A DNA stretch of 64,000 bases from Candidatus Poribacteria bacterium (GTDB lineage: Bacteria; Poribacteria; WGA-4E; PCPOR2b): the NCBI GenBank assembly GCA_965218095.1, contig OZ244587.1, positions 3,264,001 to 3,328,000 on the forward strand, given 5' to 3'. Below, in pieces: positions 1 through 9,653 of this stretch. Each line of letters opens with the position of its first letter. The stretch's first letter is position 1. The notes under the pieces are model-generated. The model was not told the DNA's origin. It did not search any database and worked only from the letters and a program-made list of their open reading frames with translations. The translations under genes were made by a program, and so were the position numbers.

Positions 1-1
1 G

Positions 2-748
2 AAAATCCTGACAAGCAACGCTCCAGCCACTGAACGGGGAATTGTTTCAGCAGCCGAGCCGACGCAGTTTCGCGCCTTAGATTCATTGGATCTGAGCGAC
101 GGAATTGGTTTATCGACGGGTGGTGTAACGCCTCATGCGATGCCACAAATGGAGCGGGTGATAACAATCCCCGTCAAGCCAGACCCCGATGAGGCAGAAC
201 GACCAAAAAGCCGCCTAGTAAAATTCATCGAAAGGCAGGAAGGACCGCAACGGATCATTTACTGCGTGGATCTCTCGTCTAGCATGCTAGGCTTGAACCC
301 GCGAAAACTTCGGAAGATTCTCGCCATCATGAAAGATTCACTCGAGTTTCTTGCCCCCCACGATCTATTTAACATTCTGACTTTCAGCGGAGAGATTAAA
401 TTTTATCGAACGAATTTCCTTAGCGTCAATGATGTGAATATCTCCGATGCAATTGCCTACCTTGATCTCGCAAAGCCAACGAAAAGCACCCGCTATTCAG
501 ACAAAGATATGCTTGAAGCATTACAAGCCGCGCACAAAAAGCAACCAACAATCATTGTGCTATTCAGCGATGGCATTCTGACATCAGGCTTCCCCGACCC
601 GAAGGTAATCCAGCAACATACGGCTGGTAATACCGGAATCTTCACAATGGCGATTGATATGGCTGAAGATTTCCCCGGCGCTGTGTTGCTGCACATGCTG
701 GCAGATCGCAGCGGAGGCGAATTTTGGCTCGTTAAAACAGGGCGATAG
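2..748 (+). CDS. VWA domain-containing protein (5'-truncated by window edge)
   Basis: Frame is open from position 2. MIDAS-like DLSSSM motif and IVLFSDG motif. Confidence 0.8.
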   Translation, partial: KILTSNAPATERGIVSAAEPTQFRALDSLDLSDGIGLSTGGVTPHAMPQMERVITIPVKPDPDEAERPKSRLVKFIERQEGPQRIIYCVDLSSSMLGLNPRKLRKILAIMKDSLEFLAPHDLFNILTFSGEIKFYRTNFLSVNDVNISDAIAYLDLAKPTKSTRYSDKDMLEALQAAHKKQPTIIVLFSDGILTSGFPDPKVIQQHTAGNTGIFTMAIDMAEDFPGAVLLHMLADRSGGEFWLVKTGR

Positions 749-1076
749 GGGAAAGAAATCCGAACATATACTTCAGGTACTCCACTGTATCGTCGGATCT
801 ATTCAACAATATAATCATCGGTTGTTTGTCCCCGCTTTGTATACACAATTTCGATTCCATCTTGCTTTTTACGTACTGTCTGGCGTAAGTTCTGTCCCTA
901 CCTGCTAATTGTTGAGATTTCAAGTCTTGAATATTTCCATTGACACAACTTATTGTACTCCATCCTCCTGATGCTTACAAGGGGCAACATCTGTAAAATC
1001 TGTTTGTTTGTCATCTCCTCACCTTCGCTCACGTTTCAATGGTTTACTGTCCCAGTCTGGTCAAGGAGACCTTGCG

Positions 1077-2078
1077 ATGTTTTTACTCAATCGATTGAAC
1101 CGATTTCCTCTGTTTATGGGGACATTTCTTTTTCTAATTTTTGGGTGCGGTGAAGGCAATCGCGATGAGAATTTCGCGCCGCGGATCTCTGCCTTTGAAG
1201 CGGAATCCGACATCGTTGAACCCGGCACGCGAGTCAACATTACAGTCAAAGCCACTGACATTGATGGTGATGAACTCACTTTCGAGTGGTTTGCGACCGG
1301 AGGCACGATTCGCGGCGACGATTCCGGTGCAATTTGGACCGCCCCGGAAGAGGAACAAAAATACCTGATCCAGATCACGGTGAGCGATGGGAGTAAATCG
1401 ACCACAAGCACCATCGATCTCCAGGTGTGGCGAACGCGTCCAGGGGACTATTATCCGCTTGCTGTCGGGAATATATGGAAGTACCGTGATGATGAAGGGA
1501 ACCAGGTTATCTTTGAAATTGTTGACACAATTGATATTCAAATCACCAGGGATAAGACAATAAAAAGCTATGTATTGCAGAAGTCCAGTTCCGCCGAAGA
1601 GTTAGAGGGCATCGTCAATTTTTCCTACTTGGGCAAAAAAACCGAAAACGGCGTCGTCAAGGGTATTCTCCAGCACGCGCAGAATGTTACATCCGGCACA
1701 GAAGATACCATTCTTTTTTCACCCTTTCTACCCCTTTACAATTTCCCTCTGATTCCAGAGAATAAATGGAAGACGAATTTTCAGGCAAAGTTGACCCCCG
1801 AACTTTTTCCGATCGGCGGCGGCGTTGATGAATTTGAGGTAATTTCGGAGGAGATAGTGACTGTCCCGGCAGGTACGTTTGAGCACGTATTTCAGGTGCA
1901 AGAGTCGTTCAGGTGGCAGATTTTTGAGCAAGACCTCGACATAACGGTGGTGCAGAAGTGGCTCGCTCCTCACGTGGGCATCATTAAATTTACCCAATCT
2001 CAGATTCGTGCAGATGTGACTGTTGAGGTTGTGTTTGAACTAGAATCTTTTGAACTGGTGGGGGAAGAGGGGCTATAG
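1077..2078 (+). CDS. Putative lipoprotein with Ig/PKD-like domain and C-terminal beta-rich domain
   Basis: AAGGAG RBS before ATG 1077. Lipobox LIFG-C. DIDGDELTFEW...ITVSDG Ig-like motif and VTVPAGTF motif. Confidence 0.7.
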   Translation: MFLLNRLNRFPLFMGTFLFLIFGCGEGNRDENFAPRISAFEAESDIVEPGTRVNITVKATDIDGDELTFEWFATGGTIRGDDSGAIWTAPEEEQKYLIQITVSDGSKSTTSTIDLQVWRTRPGDYYPLAVGNIWKYRDDEGNQVIFEIVDTIDIQITRDKTIKSYVLQKSSSAEELEGIVNFSYLGKKTENGVVKGILQHAQNVTSGTEDTILFSPFLPLYNFPLIPENKWKTNFQAKLTPELFPIGGGVDEFEVISEEIVTVPAGTFEHVFQVQESFRWQIFEQDLDITVVQKWLAPHVGIIKFTQSQIRADVTVEVVFELESFELVGEEGL

Positions 2079-2150
2079 GACAAGGAGAAGGAGAAAGGGA
2101 AAGATGGGGGAATGGAAGAAAAGGAAGGGTTGCATCGGGATTGACCCGAT

Positions 2151-2681
2151 ATGAGCAAATATGTGTTGACCGGACTGCTGAAATGCGCCGAGTGCGATTC
2201 CAACTTCGTAATCAAGAGCGACCTCAAGCGCGGGTATGCCTACTATATGTGCGGGACCCGATCCCGCAGTCGCGGGTGTTTCAACGATACCTACCTCCCG
2301 CAAGAGAAGCTGGAGACGGCAATCTTCGACCGCATGCAGGCGTCCGTTCTGCAGCCCGACTTTATTGAGGCTTATTTTCGCAAAGTATTAGAAGCGAGTT
2401 TGACACAAACACGCCGCAGCAAAGATGAGTTAAAGCGGCTCGAAGCGCAACTCGCCCACCATTGAGATACCCTTCCTAAAATCCCCACCCCCCTCGCTAT
2501 TGAGACCTTCCGCGACGAACTCGGGGCTGCACTCGTCGAGGATGAAGGCATAAAAAAAGCCGCGTTGCATGGGCTGGTGAAGCAAATCACCGTCCACACA
2601 GACGCGACTATAGAGATTGATTATATTGTGCCGTTAGCGCGTAACGGAGATAGCGCTACGGGGAATCGAACCCCGGTTTGA
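2151..2681 (+). pseudogene. C-terminal remnant of a large serine recombinase (zinc-ribbon and coiled-coil part)
   Basis: YVLTGLLKCAECD...YYMC...C zinc ribbon. In-frame TGA at 2463-2465, after which the frame continues (LVKQITV...IEIDY...SATGNRTPV*) into the antisense of tRNA-Glu. The catalytic N-terminus is absent. Confidence 0.75.
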
Positions 2682-2722
2682 TGGCTGAGAACCACCCGTC
2701 CTAACCCCTAGACGATAGCGCC
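2651..2722 (-). tRNA. tRNA-Glu(CUC); CCA not encoded
   Basis: Reverse complement is GGCGCTATCGTCTAGGGGTTAGGACGGGTGGTT-CTC-AGCCATCAAACCGGGGTTCGATTCCCCGTAGCGCTA, which folds as a cloverleaf with a GTTCGA T-loop. Confidence 0.95.
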
Positions 2723-2733
2723 ATGAAAAAAGC

Positions 2734-2807
2734 TGGCTGCCGGGGAAGGACTCGAACCCTCGTAACATGGGCCAGAACCATGCGTCCTACCACTAGACGA
2801 CCCGGCA
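2734..2807 (-). tRNA. tRNA-Gln(CUG)
   Basis: Reverse complement is TGCCGGGTCGTCTAGTGGTAGGACGCATGGTT-CTG-GCCCATGTTACGAGGGTTCGAGTCCTTCCCCGGCAGCCA. U1-A72 pair and encoded CCA. Confidence 0.95.
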
Positions 2808-2822
2808 AAACCAGATGGCGGG

Positions 2823-2851
2823 ATTATAACAGGAGATCTTTTGTTTGTCAA
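2823..2851 (-). promoter_or_regulatory. sigma70 promoter of the tRNA-Gln/tRNA-Glu operon
   Basis: Perfect TTGACA-17 bp-TATAAT on the minus strand just upstream of tRNA-Gln. Confidence 0.85.
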
Positions 2852-2873
2852 GAGTTTTTGTCGTCTTTTTTGT

Positions 2874-2902
2874 TTGACGGACGTTGATGGTTATGCTATC
2901 AT
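2874..2902 (+). promoter_or_regulatory. Divergent sigma70 promoter
   Basis: TTGACG-17 bp-TATCAT with a TGn extended -10, upstream of the AAGGAGG RBS and ATG 2932. Confidence 0.6.
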
Positions 2903-2931
2903 TTCCAGTATATCAAGGAGGTAATATATAC

Positions 2932-3756
2932 ATGGCTGACAGGAGAAAAGTTCTCGTAACCGGCGCATCAGGATATATTGCAGGGAGGATGTTACCCGCC
3001 TTTCGTGAACGCTATGAGCTCGTGTTGCTCGACGTTAAAACGACCAATCGGGAAGGCGAGGCAGTCAACGGGATTCAGATCGCTGACTTGACCGATCCAG
3101 TCCGGGATAAATACAGGGCTTATTTCAAAGGCGTTAATGCTGTCGTTCACTGCGCGTTTGTGAGGGGCGGCAACTTTGAGAACGAGTCGGCGAATGTTCA
3201 AATGGCGTACAATGTCTACCAGACCTGTCTTGAGGAGGACGTGCGTCGGGTAGTTGTCTGTAGTTCTAATCATGCAGCGGATTACTATGAGCAGTTAATC
3301 TGGGAAGATAAGTGGGATGTGGTGACGCCGGATATGCGTCCGTTATCCGACAATTTCTATGGTTGGGCGAAAGAGGCGTATGAGCATCTCGGCTTTGTGT
3401 TTGCAACAGGGCACGTTAGTGGGAAGAAACTGCAAAATGTGCAAGTCCGGATCGGTGCGCCGCGTGAGACGATTCTTGATGACGCCGATCCGAAGAATTT
3501 GAAGCCCATCCATCGTGGGCTTGGCGCCTACTTGAGCGCACGGGATCAGACCCAACTCTTTATCAAAAGCATCGAAACCGAAAACATCGCAGATGAAAAT
3601 GGGGTTCCGTTTCAGATTTTCTATGGGATTAGCGGCAATTCACACAGCTTCTGGAGCATCGTGAACGCTCGGAAAGTAATTGGCTATGAACCTGAAGATA
3701 ATAGCGCGGTCAAGTTTGCTGAACGGATCGCTGAGTTAATGAAGTCGCTGAGTTAA
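2932..3756 (+). CDS. NAD(P)-dependent epimerase/dehydratase (uronate dehydrogenase-like)
   Basis: VLVTGASGYIA Rossmann motif, SSNHA, and YGWAK (YxxxK). Confidence 0.85.
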   Translation: MADRRKVLVTGASGYIAGRMLPAFRERYELVLLDVKTTNREGEAVNGIQIADLTDPVRDKYRAYFKGVNAVVHCAFVRGGNFENESANVQMAYNVYQTCLEEDVRRVVVCSSNHAADYYEQLIWEDKWDVVTPDMRPLSDNFYGWAKEAYEHLGFVFATGHVSGKKLQNVQVRIGAPRETILDDADPKNLKPIHRGLGAYLSARDQTQLFIKSIETENIADENGVPFQIFYGISGNSHSFWSIVNARKVIGYEPEDNSAVKFAERIAELMKSLS

Positions 3757-3778
3757 TGAAGTCGCTGAGTTAATGAAG
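3728..3778 (+). repeat. Three perfect 17-bp tandem repeats (TCGCTGAGTTAATGAAG) spanning the stop codon
   Basis: Copies at 3728-3744, 3745-3761 and 3762-3778. Confidence 0.95.
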
Positions 3779-3854
3779 GAGGCAAACGGTGATTGATTGG
3801 AACAGGCACACACTCGCATTACTTTTTAAAATCTCAATTATCGGGGGAATCCAG

Positions 3855-5243
3855 ATGAAGTTGATGAAACACACAATCCATTGCTTATGCTTGGGGGTTA
3901 TCGGGGTATGGCTCGCCATACCGATGAATAGCCAAGCAAATTCACCTTTTTTTGTGGTTAGAGGTCTTGTGACCGATACAAATGGCGCTTTGGTCGATGG
4001 ACTTGAGGTCACCGTGACGAACACCACCCAAAATCTATCTGAGACCGAACGCATAGGACCACCCGACTTTAATACCGGACTATACGCTGTTGCCTTCTCC
4101 GTCATCCGTGAAGAAGAACTCTTGGCAACGGCTGGGAAAGTTGGCGACGAAATCAAAATCGCTGTCAAACAGAGTGAACAAGTTATTGCGGAAGCTGCGC
4201 ATATCATCAATAATGACAACATCGCACAATTCCAAGCCATTATCAATGTGCAGCTTGTCGAGCAATCCGTCTCGCCAATTCTCACCAGTATTGACCCTGA
4301 CAGTGATTTGGTAACAGGCGGCGCAACTGTTCAGATTATCGGAGAAAATTTTCAGGATGGGGCAACAGTCACTATTGGCGGAAAGGCAGCAACCGACGTG
4401 TTCTTTGTTTCACCAACGGAGTTGACGGCTAAGGCGCCTGAAGGCGTTGCAGGAAGCACCGATGTCGTCCTCATCAACCCTGATGGGAAATTAGCGACGC
4501 TTGCAGGCGGATTCACATATATCGAGGAGCCGCAGTTCCCCCCATATGATGTCAACGAGGATGGCATAGTCAATATTTTCGACCTCGTCATCGTCGGCGG
4601 ACAGTTTGGGGACACTGGAGAAGGGCTATCAGGGGATGTTAACGGCGACAGCGTTGTCAACATCTTTGATCTGGTGACCGTCGGCAGCCACTTTGGTGAG
4701 ATAACCGTTCGAGCTGCACCATCACGGCATCGCATCGTTTCCTTCCCTGAAGTCAGCAAACGCACAGATCGGCGCGGGATCGCGCCAGAAACAGAAGCCG
4801 GCCGTCGTTTGCGGACTGCGTTGACCGAGCTAGAGCATCGAGCCAACGCTGACCCAGAAATCCGTTTCGTTGCCGATCTGCTGCGTCGGTGGCTGATTGA
4901 TAGTGGGGAAATTCCAGCGAAAACACAGTTGCTCCCCAATTACCCGAACCCGTTCAATCCGGAGACGTGGATACCTTATCAGCTTGCCCAGACCTCTGAA
5001 GTCCAGATTTTCATCTATAACATGATGGGGCAGCGCGTCCGGGAGTTGAAAGTCGGGTTCAGACACGCGGGCATCTACAGCAATCGCTCGGAAGCTGCAT
5101 ACTGGGATGGGCGGAATGATGCCGGCGAACGTGTCACCAGCGGTGTCTATTTCTACACACTTCAGGCCTCTAGCGAAGCGAGATCTCGATCCATCGGGGC
5201 GGATAACTTCTCGGCAACGCGAAAAATGATTATTTTGAAGTGA
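3855..5243 (+). CDS. Secreted protein with IPT/TIG domain, dockerin-like duplicated Ca-binding motif and C-terminal FlgD-Ig/T9SS-A-like domain
   Basis: Signal peptide. ITSIDP-like...GENFQDGATVTIGG IPT motif. DVNEDGIVNIFDL and DVNGDSVVNIFDL repeats. NYPNPFNPETWIPYQL...WDGRN...SGVYFY tail. Confidence 0.85.
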   Translation: MKLMKHTIHCLCLGVIGVWLAIPMNSQANSPFFVVRGLVTDTNGALVDGLEVTVTNTTQNLSETERIGPPDFNTGLYAVAFSVIREEELLATAGKVGDEIKIAVKQSEQVIAEAAHIINNDNIAQFQAIINVQLVEQSVSPILTSIDPDSDLVTGGATVQIIGENFQDGATVTIGGKAATDVFFVSPTELTAKAPEGVAGSTDVVLINPDGKLATLAGGFTYIEEPQFPPYDVNEDGIVNIFDLVIVGGQFGDTGEGLSGDVNGDSVVNIFDLVTVGSHFGEITVRAAPSRHRIVSFPEVSKRTDRRGIAPETEAGRRLRTALTELEHRANADPEIRFVADLLRRWLIDSGEIPAKTQLLPNYPNPFNPETWIPYQLAQTSEVQIFIYNMMGQRVRELKVGFRHAGIYSNRSEAAYWDGRNDAGERVTSGVYFYTLQASSEARSRSIGADNFSATRKMIILK

Positions 5244-5361
5244 GGCGTAACGCGTGAAAAGTAAAATGAAATGTTTGATGGGTAAGTGGAAAGGAAGAAA
5301 AACAAATCGTAATCCGTATCACATATTACGTTTTACTTTGACAACGGAAGGCAGAAACTAA

Positions 5362-6132
5362 ATGGATCTTGGACTCAAAGATAAAGTTGTCATCGTCACC
5401 GGTGCAAGCCGCGGCATCGGGAAAGCGATTGCGCTCGGTTTTGGATCAGAAGAGGCACGCTTGAGCATCTGCGGCAGAACGCCGGAGACACTCGAAGCGA
5501 CTGCCCGCGAGATTCAGGCGCTTGGGGCGGAGGTGTTTGCCAAGCCTGCTGATGTCACAAAAGGCGCGGACGCGGAGGCGTTTGTGGAAGAAACGTTAGA
5601 CCGATATGGGCGGGTTGATGTGCTGATTAACAACGTCGGTGGGAGCAAGTGGACGCCAACCCCTGAAATTTCTGATGAGGAGTGGCACGAAATTCTCGAC
5701 CTGAATCTCGTTTCCGCCGCCCGGATGAGCCGAGCCGTCATCCCGATGATGCAGGCGCGAGGGAGCGGCGTCATTATCATGATCTCGTCAATTTACGGAC
5801 GGGAGGGCGGCGGACATATCACCTACAACGCGGCGAAGGCGGCAGAGATTAGCATGTCGAAGTCGTTGGCACATGAGCTCGCCCCGAACAACATCCGCGT
5901 CAACAGCGTTGCCCCCGGTTCGATTCTATTCCCCGGCGGCGGTTGGGCTCGACGGCAGGAAGCGGACCCGGAAGGGATGGCTGCATTTGTCAAAAGCGAT
6001 ATGCCGCTCAGACGGTTTGGGAGGCCAGAGGAGATTGCCAACGTTGTTGTGTTCCTTGCATCTGAACGTGCGAGTCTTGTGACCGGCACGTGTATCAATG
6101 TTGATGGCTGCCAGTCGAAGTCAAATATTTGA
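5362..6132 (+). CDS. SDR family oxidoreductase
   Basis: TGASRGIG, NNVG and YNAAK motifs. Confidence 0.92.
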   Translation: MDLGLKDKVVIVTGASRGIGKAIALGFGSEEARLSICGRTPETLEATAREIQALGAEVFAKPADVTKGADAEAFVEETLDRYGRVDVLINNVGGSKWTPTPEISDEEWHEILDLNLVSAARMSRAVIPMMQARGSGVIIMISSIYGREGGGHITYNAAKAAEISMSKSLAHELAPNNIRVNSVAPGSILFPGGGWARRQEADPEGMAAFVKSDMPLRRFGRPEEIANVVVFLASERASLVTGTCINVDGCQSKSNI

Positions 6133-6317
6133 GGTTAGGTCCAGCGAGCATCTGCTTGCTGACCCACGTCAGAAGAACTCTCTGATCCCGATTTATTTGA
6201 GGGTGGTTCATAATTCGAGGCGCGTCATTGCTCAATTGGGGCGATTGGGAAATGGTCTGAATCGGGATTCACTGGATTATTTGATGCAGATCCTGCTTGA
6301 CTCTCACCTCCCTGTTC

Positions 6318-7215
6318 CTATCTGTCTTCGTGGGGTGGCATGCCGGTAACCCTTTCGAGAGGAAAACGCCGTTGTCGCCGCATCCCTTGCCGCACGGCTG
6401 GGTCAACGGGCGGTTCCTCTATGGCTTTTTCAATCTGCTGCTGCCGTTCAGCATTGAGTGGTGCCTGCTTATCCCGTTGCGACGTTTCCCCTTCCGCGGC
6501 GGTCCCCAGCAGTCTTTCAAATTCTGCCCACTCCTCATCTGAAAGTGAGGTGGGGCCTTCAGACGTTTCGGAGGGGGTGGTCGTGGACTCAACCGTCGGG
6601 TCGGACGGGGTTAATACAGAATGAGTGGGATTTGGCTGTGATTCTGTTGATGTAGATGGCGTGGGTCCTGCAATAGGTGGCAGGATGACAAATTCTCCAC
6701 TTGCGATTTTCTGCTTTAACTCCTCCTCTGTCAGTTGTGGGCCCTCTGTTATGTATAAAAGGCTTTTTCCGAGCCTGTGCTCGAATACCCGGGTAATTGT
6801 ATTGCCACTATTGTTTTCTAGCGCTTCTATTATCACTTGAAGAATCTCTTCTTCGTTTACTGCAACAGAATTCGATTCAAATGTGTGGTGATACACCACA
6901 CCGCCCAACAGTTTTTCGATTCGGCGGCGAACCTTCTGCTTTGCACGCTTGAGGCGGTTGGCAACCGCCGCATACGACAAACCGGACTCGACCCGCAACC
7001 GGTCATAGCTTGCCCCTTTGATGTAACGGGCTTCCATCAGCTTGCGATCGGTCCCCTGTAGAGTACCGATTGCCTGTCGGACAACCGTTTCGATTTCAGC
7101 CTTCAGCCCAATCTCTTCAGGGGATGGGACGGTTTCCGCGAAATCTGCTTCGTTCACCGCCTCAAAGCTGCTCGTCGAACCGTGCCGCTGCCGGAGCCAA
7201 TCCTTGCAGATTGAG
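6318..7215 (-). pseudogene. Truncated ECF sigma factor (end of region 2 plus region 4) with C-terminal extension
   Basis: NLCKDWLR upstream of the called ORF. Region-4 HTH SYDRLRVESGLSYAAVANRLKRAK. The N-terminus is replaced by AT-rich DNA. Confidence 0.65.
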
Positions 7216-7402
7216 TGTAAAGAATTTCTTGACCCAAAGATTAAAAACCCTAAGCTTATCAGGGCATCTAGATTTAGAAAATTAAATAACTGATTTTAAT
7301 TTGTTTGGATAGGTCTTATCCTTGTCCAACTCGTTAAAATGGCTTGTAGAGCAAATTAGAGACATTTACGTTGATATTTGATATGAGGATGTTATAAAAA
7401 TA

Positions 7403-7966
7403 ATGAGGATTTGTATTTATTCTGATTTTGAACAAGATATTATTTTGAGAAGTCTTGAAATAGAAGGCGAAAAAAATGATATTGAAAGTTATGGTATTTC
7501 ATTTGGCAAAGAAGAAGATTCTATCTTTACAGAGTATGAGTCTTTGCCTGAAGAAAGGACGAAATTTTTTCGTTGTAACATTAAAAATTCTTGGGAATTT
7601 ATAAAGGAATGTGGTATATCAAAAGCTATAATTCCTTTTGATTTAGATTGTGATTTAATAAATATGTTTGATCACATAAATGTTTACGGTAATAATTACT
7701 TTATGATAGGTGTCAAAAAGGATTTTAGAAGTAAAAAATATAGAGATAAAATTAAGAAGAAGTTAGGGAAGAAGGGAGTTTTTATTCCCGGTAAAAGCTA
7801 TGGCAAACATAGCATGGAATTTATTGAGTTTTTATATCAATTTCCCGTAGAGAAACCTCTTAGCTGGAAAAAAACTCTTTTTTTGGGTGCTTTTATTTCA
7901 GTTTTAATTTCTATTCTTAATCCTATTGTTATTAATATTTTCAAGCTAATTCGCCAATGGTTTTGA
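7403..7966 (+). CDS. Hypothetical protein with C-terminal TM helix, in AT-rich island
   Basis: 187-aa ORF with GAGG RBS, very low GC and a hydrophobic C-terminus. Confidence 0.6.
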   Translation: MRICIYSDFEQDIILRSLEIEGEKNDIESYGISFGKEEDSIFTEYESLPEERTKFFRCNIKNSWEFIKECGISKAIIPFDLDCDLINMFDHINVYGNNYFMIGVKKDFRSKKYRDKIKKKLGKKGVFIPGKSYGKHSMEFIEFLYQFPVEKPLSWKKTLFLGAFISVLISILNPIVINIFKLIRQWF

Positions 7967-7995
7967 ATTGTATGATATTTAACAAGGAGGCTATA

Positions 7996-8408
7996 ATGTC
8001 TGATATAACCTATGTAGAAGAAATGACGAGGGGTATTGCAACTTCCATTGAATACGATGGTGCTACGAAAACTTATATAGCCCGAAAGCCTGTTGATTCA
8101 TGGTCTGATGGGCAAAATAAACAAGAATCTCTTACGACTTTTTGTAGAAGTGTTTATAGTGATTTAATGGCTGTATTGATATTTTATGTATGATGGAAGA
8201 AGGAGACAACTATGGAAATAGTTTTATGGTTAAATTTCGTTGGAATGATGGGTATTGTAGCTATCAATCAAATTTAGCCAAAGCAGTTGCAAAATATGAG
8301 AAAATTATTTATAGAGAGGGTTATATGCCTTCTATTTCTGTTAGAGAACATCGTATTAGCAGGTTAGCTTTCAGTCCGCTTTTCATCGCGGCAGGGAGTG
8401 CAACTTGA
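7996..8408 (+). CDS. Hypothetical small ORFs 7996-8193 and 8190-8408 (possibly one split gene), AT-rich island
   Basis: AAGGAGG RBS before ATG 7996. ATGA-type overlap at 8190. Confidence 0.35.
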
Positions 8409-8512
8409 ACGATACGTCGCAATGGTTAAGTTCTCACGGCTCGCCTGTTTCACCTCCTCAACTCGGCTTCGATCCTCCGTTCCGAGAGCAGGCCGATCGG
8501 ATCGGGGGCGGT

Positions 8513-8799
8513 CTACGCCCACGGCCTCTCCGGCGCTATCTCTATCCCTTCCGCTACGAGGTTTACCCTCACGATCTCCATCAACACGTGGGCTGCGTCC
8601 GACAGGTTCTCCGCCTGGCGTATCTGCGTCGCTGCTTCGGTCGGTTCGTTGTCTTCCAGGTAGTGTGTCAGATACCGCATCGCCTGTTTCGGTGGCATCT
8701 CCGACAGGTCCACGACCTGTTCCTGTATCGCTTCCTGTAGGCTGCTCGTCTGCTGCGCTTTCCTCGCCTGTTGGTCTAGCTCGTACTGTATCAGTACTA
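8513..8799 (-). pseudogene. 3' fragment of a hypothetical gene cut by the IS5 element
   Basis: Helical-looking frame (LVLIQYELDQQARKAQ...APERPWA*) that begins at the IS end. Confidence 0.35.
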
Positions 8800-9635
8800 G
8801 GTGCTGTTGACATTTCAAGGGAGCCATATAAGAGTGGAGACAAAGCTGAGAAATCCAAAATAACGGACAGCTAACTTCTCGAACCGAGAGAAGATGCGGC
8901 GATACCATTTTATCTTGTTAATGAAACATTCAACCCGATGTCTCTCTTTGTACAGATGTTTGTCGTAATCTCTTTGATCCACACGATGACTTTTGGGCGG
9001 TATCACCGCAATCGCTCCATTTGCCTCAATAACGGCAATAAAATTGTCGGAGTCATATCCCTTGTCTCCAATCACATACTCGCTTTTATATCCAAGTATC
9101 AACGCTTCTGCTTCCGCTATGTCGTTTCTTTGACCGGGCGTCAGATGTATTCTTAGTGGATTACCCAGGACGTCAACGGTGATGTGAATTTTTGTACTGA
9201 ATCCCCCGCGAGAGCGACCTAACGCTTGGTTTTCAGTGCCACCCTTTTTTTTAAGGTGCCCGCTTTTTAAGGTGCCCGCCGCACACGGGTGCGCTCGAAT
9301 GATTGTACTGTCCACAATAAGCGACTCGATATCGGGGTCGGTGGCGAAGTGGGGATGCATCTGTGTGAAGACCCCTTTGTCGCACCACCGAGCAAACTGC
9401 TTATAGAGGGTGTTCGATTTACCATAGGTGTCTGGCAGAATCCGCCATTGAGCACTGCTACGGGTCGCCCAGAGAACCGCTTCGATAAAGCGGCGTGTTG
9501 TCGCTTCGTTGCCAACATAGATGGTGGGACAGCTAAGAAGAAACCGGTATATCTTATTCCATTGTTCATCAGGTAAGGTTATTGGCATCATTCTTCTATT
9601 ATGCCACAACCTTATACTCAAATGTCAACAGAACC
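8800..9635 (-). mobile_element. IS5-family (IS427-like) insertion sequence
   Basis: TIRs GGTGCTGTTGACATTT and AAATGTCAACAGAACC, each flanked by (C)TA(G), giving a TA duplication at 8798-8799 and 9636-9637. Confidence 0.9.
8815..9591 (-). CDS. IS5-family transposase, fused into a single ORF
   Basis: RRFIEAVLW...WRILP, IVDSTIIRAHPCAAG, LGRSRGGFSTKIH, GDKGYDSD and RHRVECFINKIK motifs. Confidence 0.92.
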   Translation of the reverse strand: MMPITLPDEQWNKIYRFLLSCPTIYVGNEATTRRFIEAVLWATRSSAQWRILPDTYGKSNTLYKQFARWCDKGVFTQMHPHFATDPDIESLIVDSTIIRAHPCAAGTLKSGHLKKKGGTENQALGRSRGGFSTKIHITVDVLGNPLRIHLTPGQRNDIAEAEALILGYKSEYVIGDKGYDSDNFIAVIEANGAIAVIPPKSHRVDQRDYDKHLYKERHRVECFINKIKWYRRIFSRFEKLAVRYFGFLSFVSTLIWLP

Positions 9636-9653
9636 TAGCACAAGTCGTTAATT

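Noticed and set aside
2463-2465. TGA in the recombinase (and at 42962) as selenocysteine
   Set aside because: There is no redox Cys context and no convincing SECIS, and the genes are otherwise truncated.
8364-8874. Overlapping low-complexity ORFs 8364-8858 (-) and 8398-8874 (+)
   Set aside because: They are GC-rich alternative frames that cross the IS boundary and have no RBS.
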